Source: Nemertoderma westbladi (lineage: Eukaryota > Animalia > Xenacoelomorpha). Taken from it: 64,000 nucleotides of DNA. The stretch covers positions 16,862 to 80,861 of the forward strand of contig JAUCBJ010001800.1 of assembly GCA_032718475.1 (NCBI GenBank), read 5' to 3'. The first letter of the stretch is position 1. Each line of letters opens with the position of its first letter. The notes beneath the pieces are model-generated. The model made no database searches. It was not told the origin of the DNA and saw only the letters and a list, made by a program, of their open reading frames with translations. Both the position numbers and the translations under genes were made by a program. This document shows positions 1 through 12,775 of the stretch, in pieces.

Positions 1-1135
1 ACAGTCATTACCCCGCAAAAGCGAAGTTTGCTAGCTATAAATGGATTCGTTAGGGTTTGATGATTATCCTGGCAAGCATCTCAATAATACACTTGTGTTG
101 GATAGTTTGATAAATAATGTAGAAAGAATTTCCAGACATTTTTCAACTTCGCTTGAATTTACACCATGAAGTATTGGTTGGAATTGGTTGGAATTGCATT
201 GGTTTGGAATAATGACAGAATGATACTGTGATGACCAGATAGATTTCTCCATTATCTTTACAACATTACCTTTATAGACTGGTTCTTGGCTTCTTTGTGC
301 AGGATATCTTGGATACTTTTACCATACTACAGTTGTAATTTATCTACTGTGGTTATAGTCAGCTGATGCGATGCTCCGCCATGTGGCTTACCATTTACTT
401 TCAGTCCTTTGGCCAGTAAATCCCGGAGACTCTTTCAACATCATTTTTGAGTATGACCAATGTCATCTAGTTTCTCTACTCTATGACAGTCTGGTTTCTC
501 ATTTTCTAATGACTTCTCCATCTCAAATTCTAGCTTCTCATATCTGCAGTTATTTCCTGATAATCATACATCTGTCACATACACCATACGTAGGTATCCA
601 AAACTATGCTATATGCGGCAGAGTCACCATCACAGATCATAGATGTATAACTTAGCATATAATCCTCTTACCTAACTCCACATTTTCTTTGATACTGCTT
701 CAAGTATAATCTAGTAGACACTCTTATTGGTAATTCTCCATCCATTACGATAAGTATATTTTACATATGAACAATAATTACATTTAGAACAAATCTTGGA
801 GCAAAATCTAAAACCTTTCCTGTATTTAACAGTAATCACGAACCCAGCTCCATAGTTGGCAGTATGCCATAATTTTGACCATGTAGCATCAAAAGTAACT
901 TCAGTGTCTGTAATAATTTTATTAGCATATCAATGATCCCCTGGGCATTATCGTCGTAATGGCAATTTCTTTGCAGCAACGGGGTGTATGGTACTAAGAT
1001 GCTGCTGCTATACAGGTTTTGAAAATGAACAAGGACACCCCACGACTTCTTCATATGTTTTCAAGCCTTCTAACCCCACAGCAATCTCTAAACAGGCATT
1101 TGTATTGCGTTTGTTTATATATATCTGCAGTGGCT
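1..1135 (-). pseudogene. Degenerate DDE transposase of the Kolobok / 'Mutator-like' (PF20700-type) family; near-identical to 34854-36003
   Basis: Minus-strand fragments read ICDGDSAAY, GKPHGGASHQLTITTVDKLQL*YGKSI, MEKSIWSSQYH and LSNTSVLLRCLPG*SSNPNES. These match family motifs DGDS, GGxGRLT..IDKLQ.YYG.AIR and L..CL.G.T.N.NES. Many stops and frameshifts. Confidence 0.7.
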
Positions 1136-1144
1136 GATTGTTGC

Positions 1145-1270
1145 CAATTAATTTCATAATTGTCACCTGGGTAAAAATTATTAATCACCCGGGTGACAAT
1201 TATTTATCACCCAGTTTGACAATTATTTATCGCATGGTTGACAATCATTTGTCAGGCAGGTGACAAATAC
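1145..1270. repeat. Short degenerate tandem repeat (~22 bp, AATTATTTATCACCCGGGTGAC-like)
   Basis: About 5 imperfect copies are visible. Confidence 0.5.
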
Positions 1271-1673
1271 TGGAGTTTTTCAACAAGCGATCTTTATCCC
1301 TACAGTATGTTGTCATTATTACTTTCTTGCAGTGTCTGGTCTGCCTGTCTGGATATTAAAGTGGTAATTCCTATTCATCATCATGAGTGTAATTGATAAC
1401 GTGAATGAACGGTATTTCTGGTGGGGATATAAGTACAGTGAAATAGCACATCTTGTAAATTGTCAACAAGACTCATACAGGCTCTCAACTACAAGCCCTT
1501 GGGCGCATCAAAGATCGGATTAAGTACATCTTTCGCCTTCCATACATTGAAATCACAAGTCAAAGTCGCTCTGAAGATGCCCTCTAGGACAAATACATCA
1601 TCATTGGGCGCATTTGTGTAAACCTCAACCATATGTACAGAGGTATATTTATTTATTCTTTAAACCGGGCGGT

Positions 1674-2084
1674 TTAAAGAACCGGGCGGGCTATCGCCAC
1701 GGCCCTCGTATTATTGCAAACGAAGATAATGCCGTAGCGTTTCTCTGTATGCCGCATCACCATGATTTTAATCGGCCCAAACATGTCCACACCGCAGTGT
1801 GTGAACGGTGGGTCATGATGCATCACCCTGTTGGTCGGCAATGGCGCCATCTCCTGCACGGCCCTCTCCTTCTTCGTCCGTCGGCATGTCCGGCATTGCC
1901 CCACTACCGCCTTCACCATCTTCCTAAGCTGGATTACCCAGAATGTCTTCCGAATCTCGGTTAGGGTCTGGTTGGTACTCCCGTGTAATATGGACTTATG
2001 GGCGTCCCATATGATCTGGTAGATTATTGGTGACTTGTTGGGGATTATTATCGGCTTCGGTGGGATTAGGGCACTGTTGTTCAC
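1674..2084 (-). pseudogene. Bel/Pao integrase fragment (zinc finger plus start of catalytic core)
   Basis: AH..LH...C..C, then QEMAPLP..RV...PPFTHCGVDMFGP and RYGIIFVC...RAV. Confidence 0.85.
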
Positions 2085-2087
2085 CTA

Positions 2088-2310
2088 CCTGGAGTAAACT
2101 TGCACTCCTGCAGAAAAGAAGTTAAAGATTGACCTAGCAATTAATACTACGTGAAGAAGCATTACATGGACTAAGTGTTGAACATGTAACTGGAAAGAAA
2201 CAAGCAGCGGATGTCCTAACAAAGGAGATGCCTGGTGAAAAATTTTAAATCTAATAACTGATGGAATTATTGAATAAAAAAATATAATAAATAAATGGAA
2301 AGGGGAATAT
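2088..2310 (+). mobile_element. Ty1/Copia RNase H C-terminal fragment with possible PPT
   Basis: With one frameshift it reads EKKLKIDLA..LREE...VEHVTGKKQAADVLTKEM (Copia QxADxLTK motif), followed by purine tract GGAAAGGGGAA at about 2297. Confidence 0.6.
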
Positions 2311-2899
2311 TAGTCTATACTAGAATTTCATAAATGTGTGGTGGAGGTATTTTATGTATAACTAACATATTAATTAAAGTAGAGTGAGTGTTAGAGGTAT
2401 ATTGTATAGGCCATGCCTTACAGGTGGAGGTCGGGGTGCAGCTCTAAGTATGTACCGGTAAGAACGTGTATTTAACATGTCACCCTGCCCCCCCCCCCCC
2501 CTCCCCCCCCCCCCCCCCCCCCCCCTTCCCTGGGTATGTATTATATCCCTGCATATTATAGTCATACTGGTGTGCAGGTACCGGTAAAGGCCTAGCAGGT
2601 TCTTGCCTACTCACCAGTATGTAAGCCACGACCTCTGGGTCCAATCCCGGCATTCGCGCTACCCTTTCACCTACTGTACATTATCTCTCCCAGCAAGGCC
2701 TATAGTATGTGCAATAAGACCTACAGTATGTCCTGCAGTCTGCCTGTGTTCTTCTGGATTGAAGTTGAATCTTCTCGAATATTCCGAGAACTAGTCCCTG
2801 CGACTACCATATCATCGATCGGCAGCTACGTTCTGACGGGTAGTTTCCCTCCGATCCCTTCCTCTGTCTTCCTCCTCATACCAGTACACTCTTACAAAA

Positions 2900-3710
2900 T
2901 CTTATCTAACTTTGTTATTTACAATCCGTTTAAGATAAAACTTTGCAGGTGTCTAATTTAGCAAAGGCTGCATTTTTACAGAGACGCAGTTAAATCTGCA
3001 TTTCTCCAGTCTGCCGCTAGAGGGCGAAATCACTGAAAGTGACCACCTTCTCCAACTTTGTTATTTACAATCCGTTTAGACTGGAACTTGGTATGCATAT
3101 ATTACAGCATAGCCTGTACCTTTACGGAGTCTTAGAGTCGTATACAGTTCCCCCGTCTGCCGCTAGAGGGCGAATTGTCTGGTAGTGAAAACCTGATCTC
3201 ATTTGGTTGTTTTTAATTCTTTTCAGCTGAAACTTTGGTAGGTATCTACTACAGCATAGGCTCAATCTTTACGGAGTCGCTGAGTCGTCTATAGTTCCCC
3301 AGTCTTCAGCTAGAGGGCGAAATGTCTGAAAGTGAACATTTTCTCGAAATTTTGTTGTTTACATCTGTTTAAGCTGGAACTTGACAAGCAGGCATCTTAC
3401 TTCACTTCACCATAAACTCCATCTTTACAGAACTGCAGCGCCATCTGCATTTCACCAGTCGCAGTCTGCAGGTAGAGGGTAAAATGTCCGAAAGTGATCA
3501 TTTTCTCGAAATTAGGTTATTTACAATAAGCTGAAGCTAAAGTTGAAACTTGACAGTTATCTCCTATGGGGCGGTGTTTTATTTTATGATGGTGTCTGTT
3601 TCGTTGTAGTTCTCCAATCTGCGACACATTTCTCAACACATATTCATACTGTATATCCTCTGCACGATTACTAGAAAGCTGTGGCCCGAAGGGCCACAGG
3701 CTTTCTAGTA
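2900..3710 (+). repeat. ~147-bp tandem array (4-5 units) ending in a palindromic hairpin; Helitron/HINE-like non-autonomous element
   Basis: GCTAGAGGGCGAA-type motif at about 3016, 3162 and 3309, with a degenerate copy near 3471. Terminal palindrome ACTAGAAAGCTGTGGCCC-GAA-GGGCCACAGGCTTTCTAGT at 3670-3709. Confidence 0.55.
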
Positions 3711-3853
3711 GAATAATAAATATATAATAACAAACACCTCGAAAAATACAGCTTGCCAACACATTGTTACTATCAATAATATTTTTCCAAGTTATATAGG
3801 CCTATAGGCTGGTTCAACAAATGGTGGTTCTGGATCGAAGCGTTCTATCTGGT

Positions 3854-4204
3854 CTATAGGAAATTAGATATGCAAGGTAATAACGAGGACAAGTTCCGTT
3901 TAAACATTTTGTATGTTATCAAGGCTATTTTAAATTCAATGCGTCTTACAACAGGTAGCCAATGTACTGTAGCTGCTTTAAAGCGGGTGTTACATGGTCT
4001 CGTTTCCGCAGACCATAAATTAATCGTGCGGATGCATTTTTGACATATTGAAGTTTTTTCAAGATGTTGTTTGGCAGGCCATAATAGAGAGAGTTGTGGT
4101 TGTCGATCCTGCACAGAACTGTTCTGTGAACCAGAGTCTCTAGACCAGATCTGCTGAGAAATCTTTTTATTTTCGCCAAGTTACGCAGGTGAAAAAATGA
4201 TTCC
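3854..4204 (-). pseudogene. L2/CR1-group LINE ORF2 C-terminal fragment, part 1
   Basis: SFFHLRNLAKIKRFLS...RID..NSLYYGLP...KKLQYVKNASARLI...RDHVTPAL..HWLPV..RIEFKI. Confidence 0.85.
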
Positions 4205-4208
4205 TTAA

Positions 4209-5080
4209 GGGGGGGGTATACCCCCCCATGAACCTTTTTTTAAAATGGCTGTCAAATAGTGTTAAATGATAATATTGCTATTTTGTCATGGTCAACAACT
4301 GTATGGAAGGCCAAATAGCCTTTATAGTAAAATTTGAAAATTTGTAGCCTCCCCCTAGCGGCTGGCGGCGGAATTAAAGATTTCACTAAAATTGCTACTA
4401 GTCCCTCAATTTTGATCCAAATTTCTTGAAACCAACTTTTTTGGACTCAGCGTGATCGACTCTACAAAAGTTATCTTATAGAATTTTTAATTAGCCATTT
4501 TTATTTTAATTAATTATTTATTAATTAATTATCATATTTTTAATTAAAATTGGCTAATTATAAAAAATGGTAATATTTATCAAAATTCCATAAGATAACT
4601 TTTAAAGAGCTTCCAAAGCTCGTTCGAATGAGCCATAAAAGAAGAAAATTGGTTGAAAAATGACGGAGGAGTAGTAATTTGAAAATGAAAAATGTCATTC
4701 CGAGAAAATGCCCTTCAAAGTTTAAACCGTCCCGCCAAAACTGGCTGTCTGCGTTCTGGTTGGTTAATTATTTCTGGCACGAATGATGCACACCAACGAG
4801 CTAAAATGTTCATTACGGGGGTTTTCGGGGTCGCTGATTTCATTTCCGATGTCAGTTTTAATTTTTGGTGGAATCTAGTTTATCTGTCTGACTGTCGGTC
4901 TTCTGTCTTTCTTACAATTTGACGGACAGACCGTCATACGGAAAAACAGTGATAACTCGAGAACTGAAAGAGGTCTCACTAAGCGGTTTTCAGATTTGTA
5001 ATCCTCATTAAATTCTGCTCTAGGTGAAATAAAGAAACAAGAATTTGAAAATTTTACCTGAGGGGGGGTATACCCCCCCC
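4209..5080. mobile_element. Non-autonomous Kolobok-like DNA transposon (TTAA TSD, palindromic GGGGGGGGTATACCCCCCC TIRs)
   Basis: TTAA at 4205-4208 and 5081-5084 flanks matching TIRs that begin with GG. It interrupts the LINE. Confidence 0.75.
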
Positions 5081-5084
5081 TTAA

Positions 5085-5812
5085 TGTCGATGTTAATGCC
5101 TGATGTCGAAATTATTTCTATTTCTATTATAATGCACGATTAAATGGTGTTTCCAAATCTGAAAACCATTATTTAATAGCTCTTTTAGTTTTTTTTGTAA
5201 GTTGTGACAATTTTAATTTATTAGGTATTCCTATTGAAATTACTATTACTATGTATAATGAATGGTCGATTATCTCCAAACATTTTTTTTATGAAATTGT
5301 CAACTTCAAAACCCTACTACTTCTACAATTTTTGAGCAAATAGTCTGAAAATTTGTATGGGTGTCTACATAGCCACCCTGTATAAAAGTTACAGACAACT
5401 TTTCAAATTTTTTTGTTAATAAAATGTAATACCATTTATAACAAACCTAAAAAATTTGTATATATTTGCAGCGCCACCTAGCGGTGCAGAATTATTTTCA
5501 CAAAATTTCGCCTGATAGTTATGTTGCCTCATCTTTGATCTATCATACAGTATAAAAAAACTTTCATGTGATTAGATTCAAAACTGTAAAAGCCTTAGGG
5601 ATAAGCGCAACTAAGTTTTTTATTGTTAACTAGTATTAACTAAATATTAAATAGCGAAAAATAATTTTTTTCTGAGCTATCATGTGGAATAGCATCTTAG
5701 GTACCTATATCACAAATTACAGCCAAAACCAAACAATTTTGAAACGCTGAGAGTGATAAATCGAAGAGTTCTCCGAGAATGGTGTATCCCCCCCCCCCCC
5801 CCCCCCTCCCCC
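5085..5812. mobile_element. Second or partial Kolobok-like element end (…GTATCCCC(C)n terminus)
   Basis: Ends in a TIR-like GTATC(n) tract followed by TTAT, after which the LINE frame resumes. Confidence 0.5.
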
Positions 5813-5995
5813 TTATCAACTATGTGTATTCTTTTCTGCTTATCAAACAGTAGATAAGTGTCCATGATAATCCCAATGTTTCTAGCACATGGGCTGCTGG
5901 ATATAATATCATTACCGACCGATGCGGATTTTCAGTCCATTCAAAGTTGACCCGAACTTAGACTGGAACAACAGCATTTCTGTTTTATCGCTTTT
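5813..5995 (-). pseudogene. L2/CR1-group LINE ORF2 fragment, part 2 (upstream portion)
   Basis: Minus strand VGNDIISSSPCARNIGIIMDTYLLFDKQ..IVDK joins ESFFHLRNL across the 4205-5812 insertion. Confidence 0.75.
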
Positions 5996-8900
5996 ATTAG
6001 TGCTTTCAAAAGTGTAGCCTGGGTGCCCACTTTTTGACCAATTTGAAAATGACTATTATCATGAGGTTTATTGTTTTAGTACAAAAAATTGACCTTCTGA
6101 CAGTTAGATAATAGCTATTATTTTCATTTTGTTTACTAGTTAGTGTTGTGATATTATATGGTGGCGGTGAACTTGTATCACTTTCATGACTGCCTGACAC
6201 ATACTCAGGTGGTGGTAGGACAGTCCGCATGTCTGCATGTCATATTATCAGTATGGTAGTACATACTGCAGTATAGGTCAGTACACACTGTACGGGCTAC
6301 TGCATTGATGTACACGTAGACATTATTGTGTATATTGCATTTATGATTATATATTACATATGACTATCTGACTTATTCATCGTATCACCACAGTTAGTAC
6401 TATTTACTAGCTAGTAAAAAAAAATTTTAGAATTTTTTTTTAACGGATTATACTCATTCAGAACACTACTGTACCTGTGCTTATCGTGTACAAGATGCTG
6501 GCGGCCCACCCCTGCATGTATTTGCCGCCTATGCAGCGGTCAGGCGTCCACTGCCGCCCATGCGATGGGCTGCAATGGGCTGACCAACGTGGCTCGCCCC
6601 ACAACCCTCAGCCTCGCATTCCACCTTCAGCAAATATAAATATTACAATAGCCGATTTTATTTAAATAATAACCCCCTAATATGTGGCTGTGTAATTAAT
6701 ATTTATATCTATTTTATTTAATTTTACTATAATGTGCTTCCTATTACTGTATTAATTTTTATAAACTACTTATTTTACTTATCCGTTGGATAAATTAAAT
6801 GCCTTTATATCAAAATATTATTTTCTTGATCTTTTCCAGAGCATCCAAAAAAATTTATTGATTTATTTATCTTTTTATTAGTCATTTCGAGAATATATTG
6901 ATGATATGGAAATTGTCAAAATAAAAGGGGCACTACAAATTTTCTTTTGTAATTTTAAGATCACTAACTTTAAAAACACTAGCTACCATAATAAAAAATA
7001 AAAGGTAACCTCTCTCAGAAGGTGAAATTTACGTTCTAGAACACAAAACATCATGATAATACCCATTAACATGGTCAAAAATTGATCAAAAATTAGGTAC
7101 TAAAAATTTGGTTTTGTAATTTTAAAAACAGTAGCTACCTAAAAAAAAACACTGGCTACCATAAAAAAGCACTAGCTAATGTCTCACAGAAGAAGATATT
7201 TATGTTCTAAAACAAAAAGCCTCATGATAATAGCCATTAACATTGTCAAATAAATAAGTGGGTACCCATAACATATGTACAGTAGTAATGCCCAGTATGT
7301 GTACAACCATATTTTTTTACTATAGCTAGTTTTTGCTACGTTTTTTTTAGAACTATTCTATTTCATGTTAGCTATTGTTAAGTAAGTAAAAATATGTTCT
7401 AGAACAAATATTTTTTTGTTCTAGAACATTTAAAAGTAAAAATAAAAATTTATTAATAATTAGTTATTATGTGTAATAAATAGTTTATTTATCTATAAAC
7501 ATTAAATATCCAAATTATCAGGCTAGCTAGTGATTTTTCGAGTTTAGCTACCATTAAAAAAATTGTTATGTGTGATTAATAAATTGTTTAATTATCTATA
7601 AACATTAATAGCTACTAATTTTCAGGCTAGCTAGTAATTTTGCAAGTTAGCTACTGTATGTATATTCATCCACTTTTTGTGGAAACTAAATATTTTTATT
7701 TTATAAGAAATACAACATAATACTAATAAAAATTATAAGCCTAAGAAAATTTTAATTAATTTAACTAATTTGGGCAATTTATAGAGCCAAAAAAACAACA
7801 ACAAATTTGGACTAACTATGGACCTAAAAGTTAGTTATTATTTAAAAAAAAAAAATTTAGTACACCTAACAAATAATTTCTGAAATTTTTTTTTTAATGA
7901 TAGCTAAACACATTAGAACAGAAACACAATAGAAACACACACACACACACCCCTCTTTGTACAACCCCCATTCTGGGGACCGTTATTTCTATCGGTCGGT
8001 TCTGGGGTCGATATTGATTTCCTTATAACTTCTTTATTCTTGGTTTAAATTAAATTATTTTGGCACCAATAGACTCAGGAGACCATTTTACGTCATTCTA
8101 TTGTTTCAAAATTTATCAACTCTAAAGATTGCTTATTTGTTACTCATGGGTTGAAGTGGGGACATCATACATACACATTTCACTGGTGTGTTTAAGTTTT
8201 TGTCCAATCACGACCCGGTCCCCAGTGTGATTGAGCACATTTCAGGTAGAGTATACACAATCATTAACTCTACCGAATGTTAAACATTAAACAATGTGCT
8301 GCCGTGTCAGACGATATGTGATTGGATAACAAATAATGTTCTGGAATATTCTTGAGAAATAGAAAGGGTTCAATGGGCAGCCATAATCTTAAAATCCTTG
8401 TATTCGTAACTAACTCTGCAATATGATTTTGATGTGAGGAAACAATACGTAGATTTCCTTTTTGCTACCAATTTTAACTAAATATTTTAATATTTTTATT
8501 GCTATTTGTGATAATAATCAAAATAACCAATGAACTTGAAATAAATAATTAACTAAACCTGAGATACATTCATTTAATTTCGCAGCATAGTGCCTAATAA
8601 TTGTAGGTATATTATTGACTACATGATGTTCGTAACATTAATACAGTCAGATAATATAGTTAAATGCTTTAATTCTGAATTACTTAATATATAAGAAGAA
8701 AACAATACATGTATTATTTCGTTTCTAAAAATTTATATTTTAATAAGCGATTCATTTATTTCGTACTGAATATGGAGAAAAAATGATGTTGATGTAGATT
8801 TCATTTTAGCTACCAATTCATTCCGGGGACGTCCCAGGATTGTTAATCGTCCCCGGTTTGTCGTTGTGTATTCATGCAATTGTCCCCGGTATGAATCAGG

Positions 8901-9074
8901 TACAACGTAATCCTGTGTAATCCGTATCCGTATGTAATGTATATTTTTGAATACATATGATTGCATGAACATATCAAGTAGGATAGGGTACTAAGCAAGT
9001 TAAATTCTTTAGTACCGGTACTAAATACATAAAGAATGAAAACATACGATACGTTGGCCTAGGTATTATTTTAA

Positions 9075-9805
9075 GGCCCCGCGGTAGCGCTACATGGACA
9101 TAATTTTTATATTGCCTTGTTAGAGCAACTTCTCATTGTCAGAAACGACCATAACTTTCTATGAAGGTCAATGGAAGATTTGTAATTATGAATGAAAATA
9201 AAAAATTATAATTCAAATTTTTCAAAAATTTGGAAAAATATTGACAAATTTTTGGATAAAGATCCAAAAACCTTCAGCAGATTCAATTTTGAGTATTTTT
9301 CTTTCTAATTTTTCAAATCGCATCAAAAATGTTTGTATGCTCTTTCGATATCTCGAAGCAAAATTTCAAAAATTAATTAGCAATTGTCATTTTGGTGCTG
9401 TTTTTGGTTTTGTTTATTGTTTAATTTTGACAAATTAAAAATTATCAATATTATATTCAATTTTGGCCATTTATTTCCATAATGGAATAAAACAATCAGA
9501 ATTCGAGGTCGAGATATCTGAAGAGAGCACATCAGAGAAACCCTCTGAGTAAAATTTTTGAAAGTTTATTGAAAATTGAATTGTCTGAAGCTATTTTTAT
9601 GCAAAAAAATACCATTCCGAGATAATTGCCTTTAAAATTTGAACCTTCCCGCGTCAAAATTGTCTGTTAATATGTGAGAAAGTCTGTCAATATATATCTA
9701 TCAACAAGAAAGCATAAAACCATGCTAAGAATTTTGCTATGGGGGTTTTCCTGATCGCTGATTTCATTTTTGAGGTCAGTTTTCAATTTTAATGAAATCT
9801 AGTTT
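9075..9805. mobile_element. Kolobok-like non-autonomous element related to 4209-5080
   Basis: Starts TTAA|GG. Segment 9600-9805 is clearly similar to 4680-4880. Confidence 0.55.
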
Positions 9806-10795
9806 GTGAGTGGGGCAAGGTTGTCGGAGGTTGAAGGAGTGGGTGGGGCAGGGTTGTCGGAGGTTGAAGGAGTGGGTGGGGCAGGGTTGTCGGAGTTTAA
9901 AAGAGTGAGTGGGGCCGGGTTGTCGGAGGTTAAAGGTGTGGATGGGGCAGGGTCATCAAAGGAGGGGTGGTGCAGGGTCGTCGGAGTTTAAAGGAGTGAA
10001 TGGGGCAGGGTTGTCGGAGTTTAAAGGAGTGAGTGGGGCAGGGTTGTCGGAGGTTGAAGGAGTGGGTGGGGCAGGGTCGTTGAAGGTTGAAGGAGTGGGT
10101 GGGGCAGGGTCGTTGGAGGTTGAAGGAGTGGGTGGGGCAGGGTCGTTGAAGGTTGAAGGAGTGGGTGGGGCAGGGTCGTTGGAGTTTAAAGGAGTGGGTG
10201 GGGCAGGGTCATTGGAGTTTAAAGGAGTGGGTGGGGCAGGGTCGTTGGAGGTTGAAGGAGTGGGTGGGGCAGGGTTGTCGGAGGTTGAAGGAGTGGGTGG
10301 GGCTGGGTTGTCGGAGTTTAAAGGAGTGGGTGGGGCAGGGTCATTGGAGTTTAAAGGAGTGGGTGGGGCAGGGTCGTTGGAGGTTGAAGGAGTTGGTGGG
10401 GCAGGGTTGTCGGAGTTTAAAGGAGGGGATGGGGCAGGGTCATTGGAGTTTAAAGGAGTGGCTGGGGCAGGGTTGTCGGAGTTTAAAGGAGTGGGTGGGG
10501 CAGGGTTGTCGGAGTTTAAAGGAGTGGGTGGGGCAGGGTTGTCGGAGTTTAAAGGAGTGGGTGGGGCAGGGTTGTCGGAGTTTTAAGTAGTGAGTGGGGC
10601 AGGGTTGTCGGATGTCGAAGGAGTGGGTGGGGCAGGGTCATTGGAGTTTAAAGGAGTGAGTGGGGCAGTGTTGTCGGATGTCGAAGGAGTGAGTGGGGCA
10701 GGGTTGTCCGAGGTTGAAGGAGTGGGTGGGACGAGGTCGTTGGATGTTGAAGGAGTGGGTGGGGCCGGGTCGTTGGAGGAGGTTAGGGTTTGGGG
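9806..10795 (+). repeat. G-rich 33-bp minisatellite (~30 copies; GGAGTGGGTGGGGCAGGGTTGTCGGAGGTTGAA and variants)
   Basis: Direct tandem repeat. The 11-aa periodic ORFs here are by-products. Confidence 0.95.
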
Positions 10796-10814
10796 GCAAG
10801 GTTAACTGCGTCTG

Positions 10815-12775
10815 TTGTTGTTATTACCTCTACAAGACAAGGCGCAGAAAGAGTCCCGACTCAAACAGACTACAGCGGCCAAGAATGCAGTTAAGGTTGC
10901 ATCTAGGTCCCTGAACAGGCAGTACTATGTTAATTTACAGGAGCTAATAAACCAACAGGTTGATGCCATCAATGATGCTGACGACAGCAGGCAATCATCC
11001 CAGGCATGGAGATCGATCAACTTGCTTGCTGGTCGAAAAAGCCAACCAACCACCAAGGTTAAGGCTGAATCACCAGCCGATCGCCTCAATGGTTGGAAAG
11101 CCCACTTTGAAAAGCTCCTCAATAATGACAGGGTATTGCCTGATAACTTGATAGAAGTAAAAGTGTCTGAGTCTGTACTCCCAGATATTCCCATTGGTGA
11201 TATCTCCTTTGCAGAAGTGAAGGCTGCTGCAAAGAGCATTAAGACCAATCGTCCCAGTGGAGTATATGGTGTTCCCCTGAGGTCTTTAAAATACCTGAGT
11301 GTTTAAAGCTCATCTATCCCATCATAGTAGACATGTACCGAACAACAAGAGTCCCACAAGAAATGGAAACAAATAAGTTGGTGCCAGTTCCCAAGAAGGG
11401 CAACCTAACACTCTATGGTTCTTTTCGGCGAATCTCATTGATCGCGATTGCTGCAAAGCTATACAATAGAATTATATTAAATCGCATCAGGGATCCCATT
11501 GAGAGACTGCTCCGTGGAAATCAGAATGTGTTCCGTAAAGGTCGTGGGACCATGGAGCCCATTTTGGCACTTAGAAGGATAATTGAAGAGTTATCAAAAA
11601 AGAAAGAAAGGCATCTGGCTGTTATCTTTGTTGACTTCTTCAATGCCTTTGATTCATTCTCTCGCTCACGTATGTTCAGCATATTTTCATTATATGGGAT
11701 TCCTGATGAAATTATTGCAGCAATAAGATCAGTATACGATGGTTCGACAACATTTGTGTCTACTGTTGACGGTGACAGAACCATTTGAAGTGTTATGGGG
11801 CGTCCTCCAGGGAGGCACACTTGCAGCATTCTTATTCATAATTGTTGTTGACTATGTTCTACGCATGTCCTTAGATCATCATAATGATGATGGGGTGATG
11901 ATAACTCCACCTACTGGCTCCATAAGTCGAGGAAATCCTGCCAAGTACCTAACTAATCTAGACTTTGCTGATGACTTAGGAGTACTCTCAGAATCACTAG
12001 AGGGAGCCCAACGGCTCCTCAGTTCATTAGAACATGCTGCTTCTAGTGTTGGTCTTTTTATTAACTCCAGAAAGACCAAAATTTTGACAGTTAACTTTGA
12101 AAGTCCTCAGCAAGTCTCTGATCGGATGAGCATAAGCTCAAAGATAGTATGCTTGAGCATGTGGATGACTTCTGTTACCTGGGATCATGGATCCGGAATA
12201 AACCTTCGAATATGTAAAGGAAAGGCATGGGCAGCCTTGAATAGGCTTTCCAGGATTTGGAAGTCACCGAGAATTAATCGGACACGGTCCGATTATTTAG
12301 AGCAGCAGTAGTTCCAGTACTCCTCTATGGGAGTCCATGCTGGGCTCTAACTGCTGAGGACACCAAATCTCTGGATGGCACATTCACAAGAATGCTACGC
12401 CGGGTTCATTGTGTCAAGTACAATGCACACATCTCCAACCAGACACTATATAACATTGGAGGTGTCTCATTGGTTCCCCCAAGCTTGACACTAGAACAAA
12501 ATTGCCTCCGCTTTGCAGGACATTGCTTTCGCCGTGAGGACCAGCCAGTGCATAATCTTGTACTTTGGCAGCCTCATGGAGTGAATAAGCATGGTGGACA
12601 GCACATGACATTCTTGAGACGCATCTTAAAGGACACTGGCCTTGAAGATGCGGATGATCTAGCAAATGTCATGGGTGATAGGGAGTTGTGGCGGTGCAAT
12701 TTTGTCGGTAAGCCGGCACAGCATTCTTAAAAATGCAGCTGCAATGCAGCATGCCGATCCTAGTAGTAGTAGTTA
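10815..12775 (+). pseudogene. 5'-truncated RTE-clade LINE, frameshifted reverse transcriptase with (TAG)n tail
   Basis: PVPKKGNL..FRRISL..IAAKLYNRIILNRI, FRKGRGT, FVDFFNAFDS, GVLQGGTLAAFLF, LDFADDL, LRFAGHCFR. TAGTAGTAGTAG at about 12761. Confidence 0.9.

Noticed and set aside
8820-8900. ~85-bp repeat also at 13560-13640
   Set aside because: Real, but too short to classify; probably a fragment of a dispersed repeat.
9806-10795. CRISPR-like array
   Set aside because: Units are contiguous with no unique spacers, the context is eukaryotic, and there are no cas genes.
9806-10914. Repetitive ORFs (GVGGAGLSEVE / LKEWVGQG)
   Set aside because: They are translations of the 33-bp minisatellite, with no evidence of a gene.
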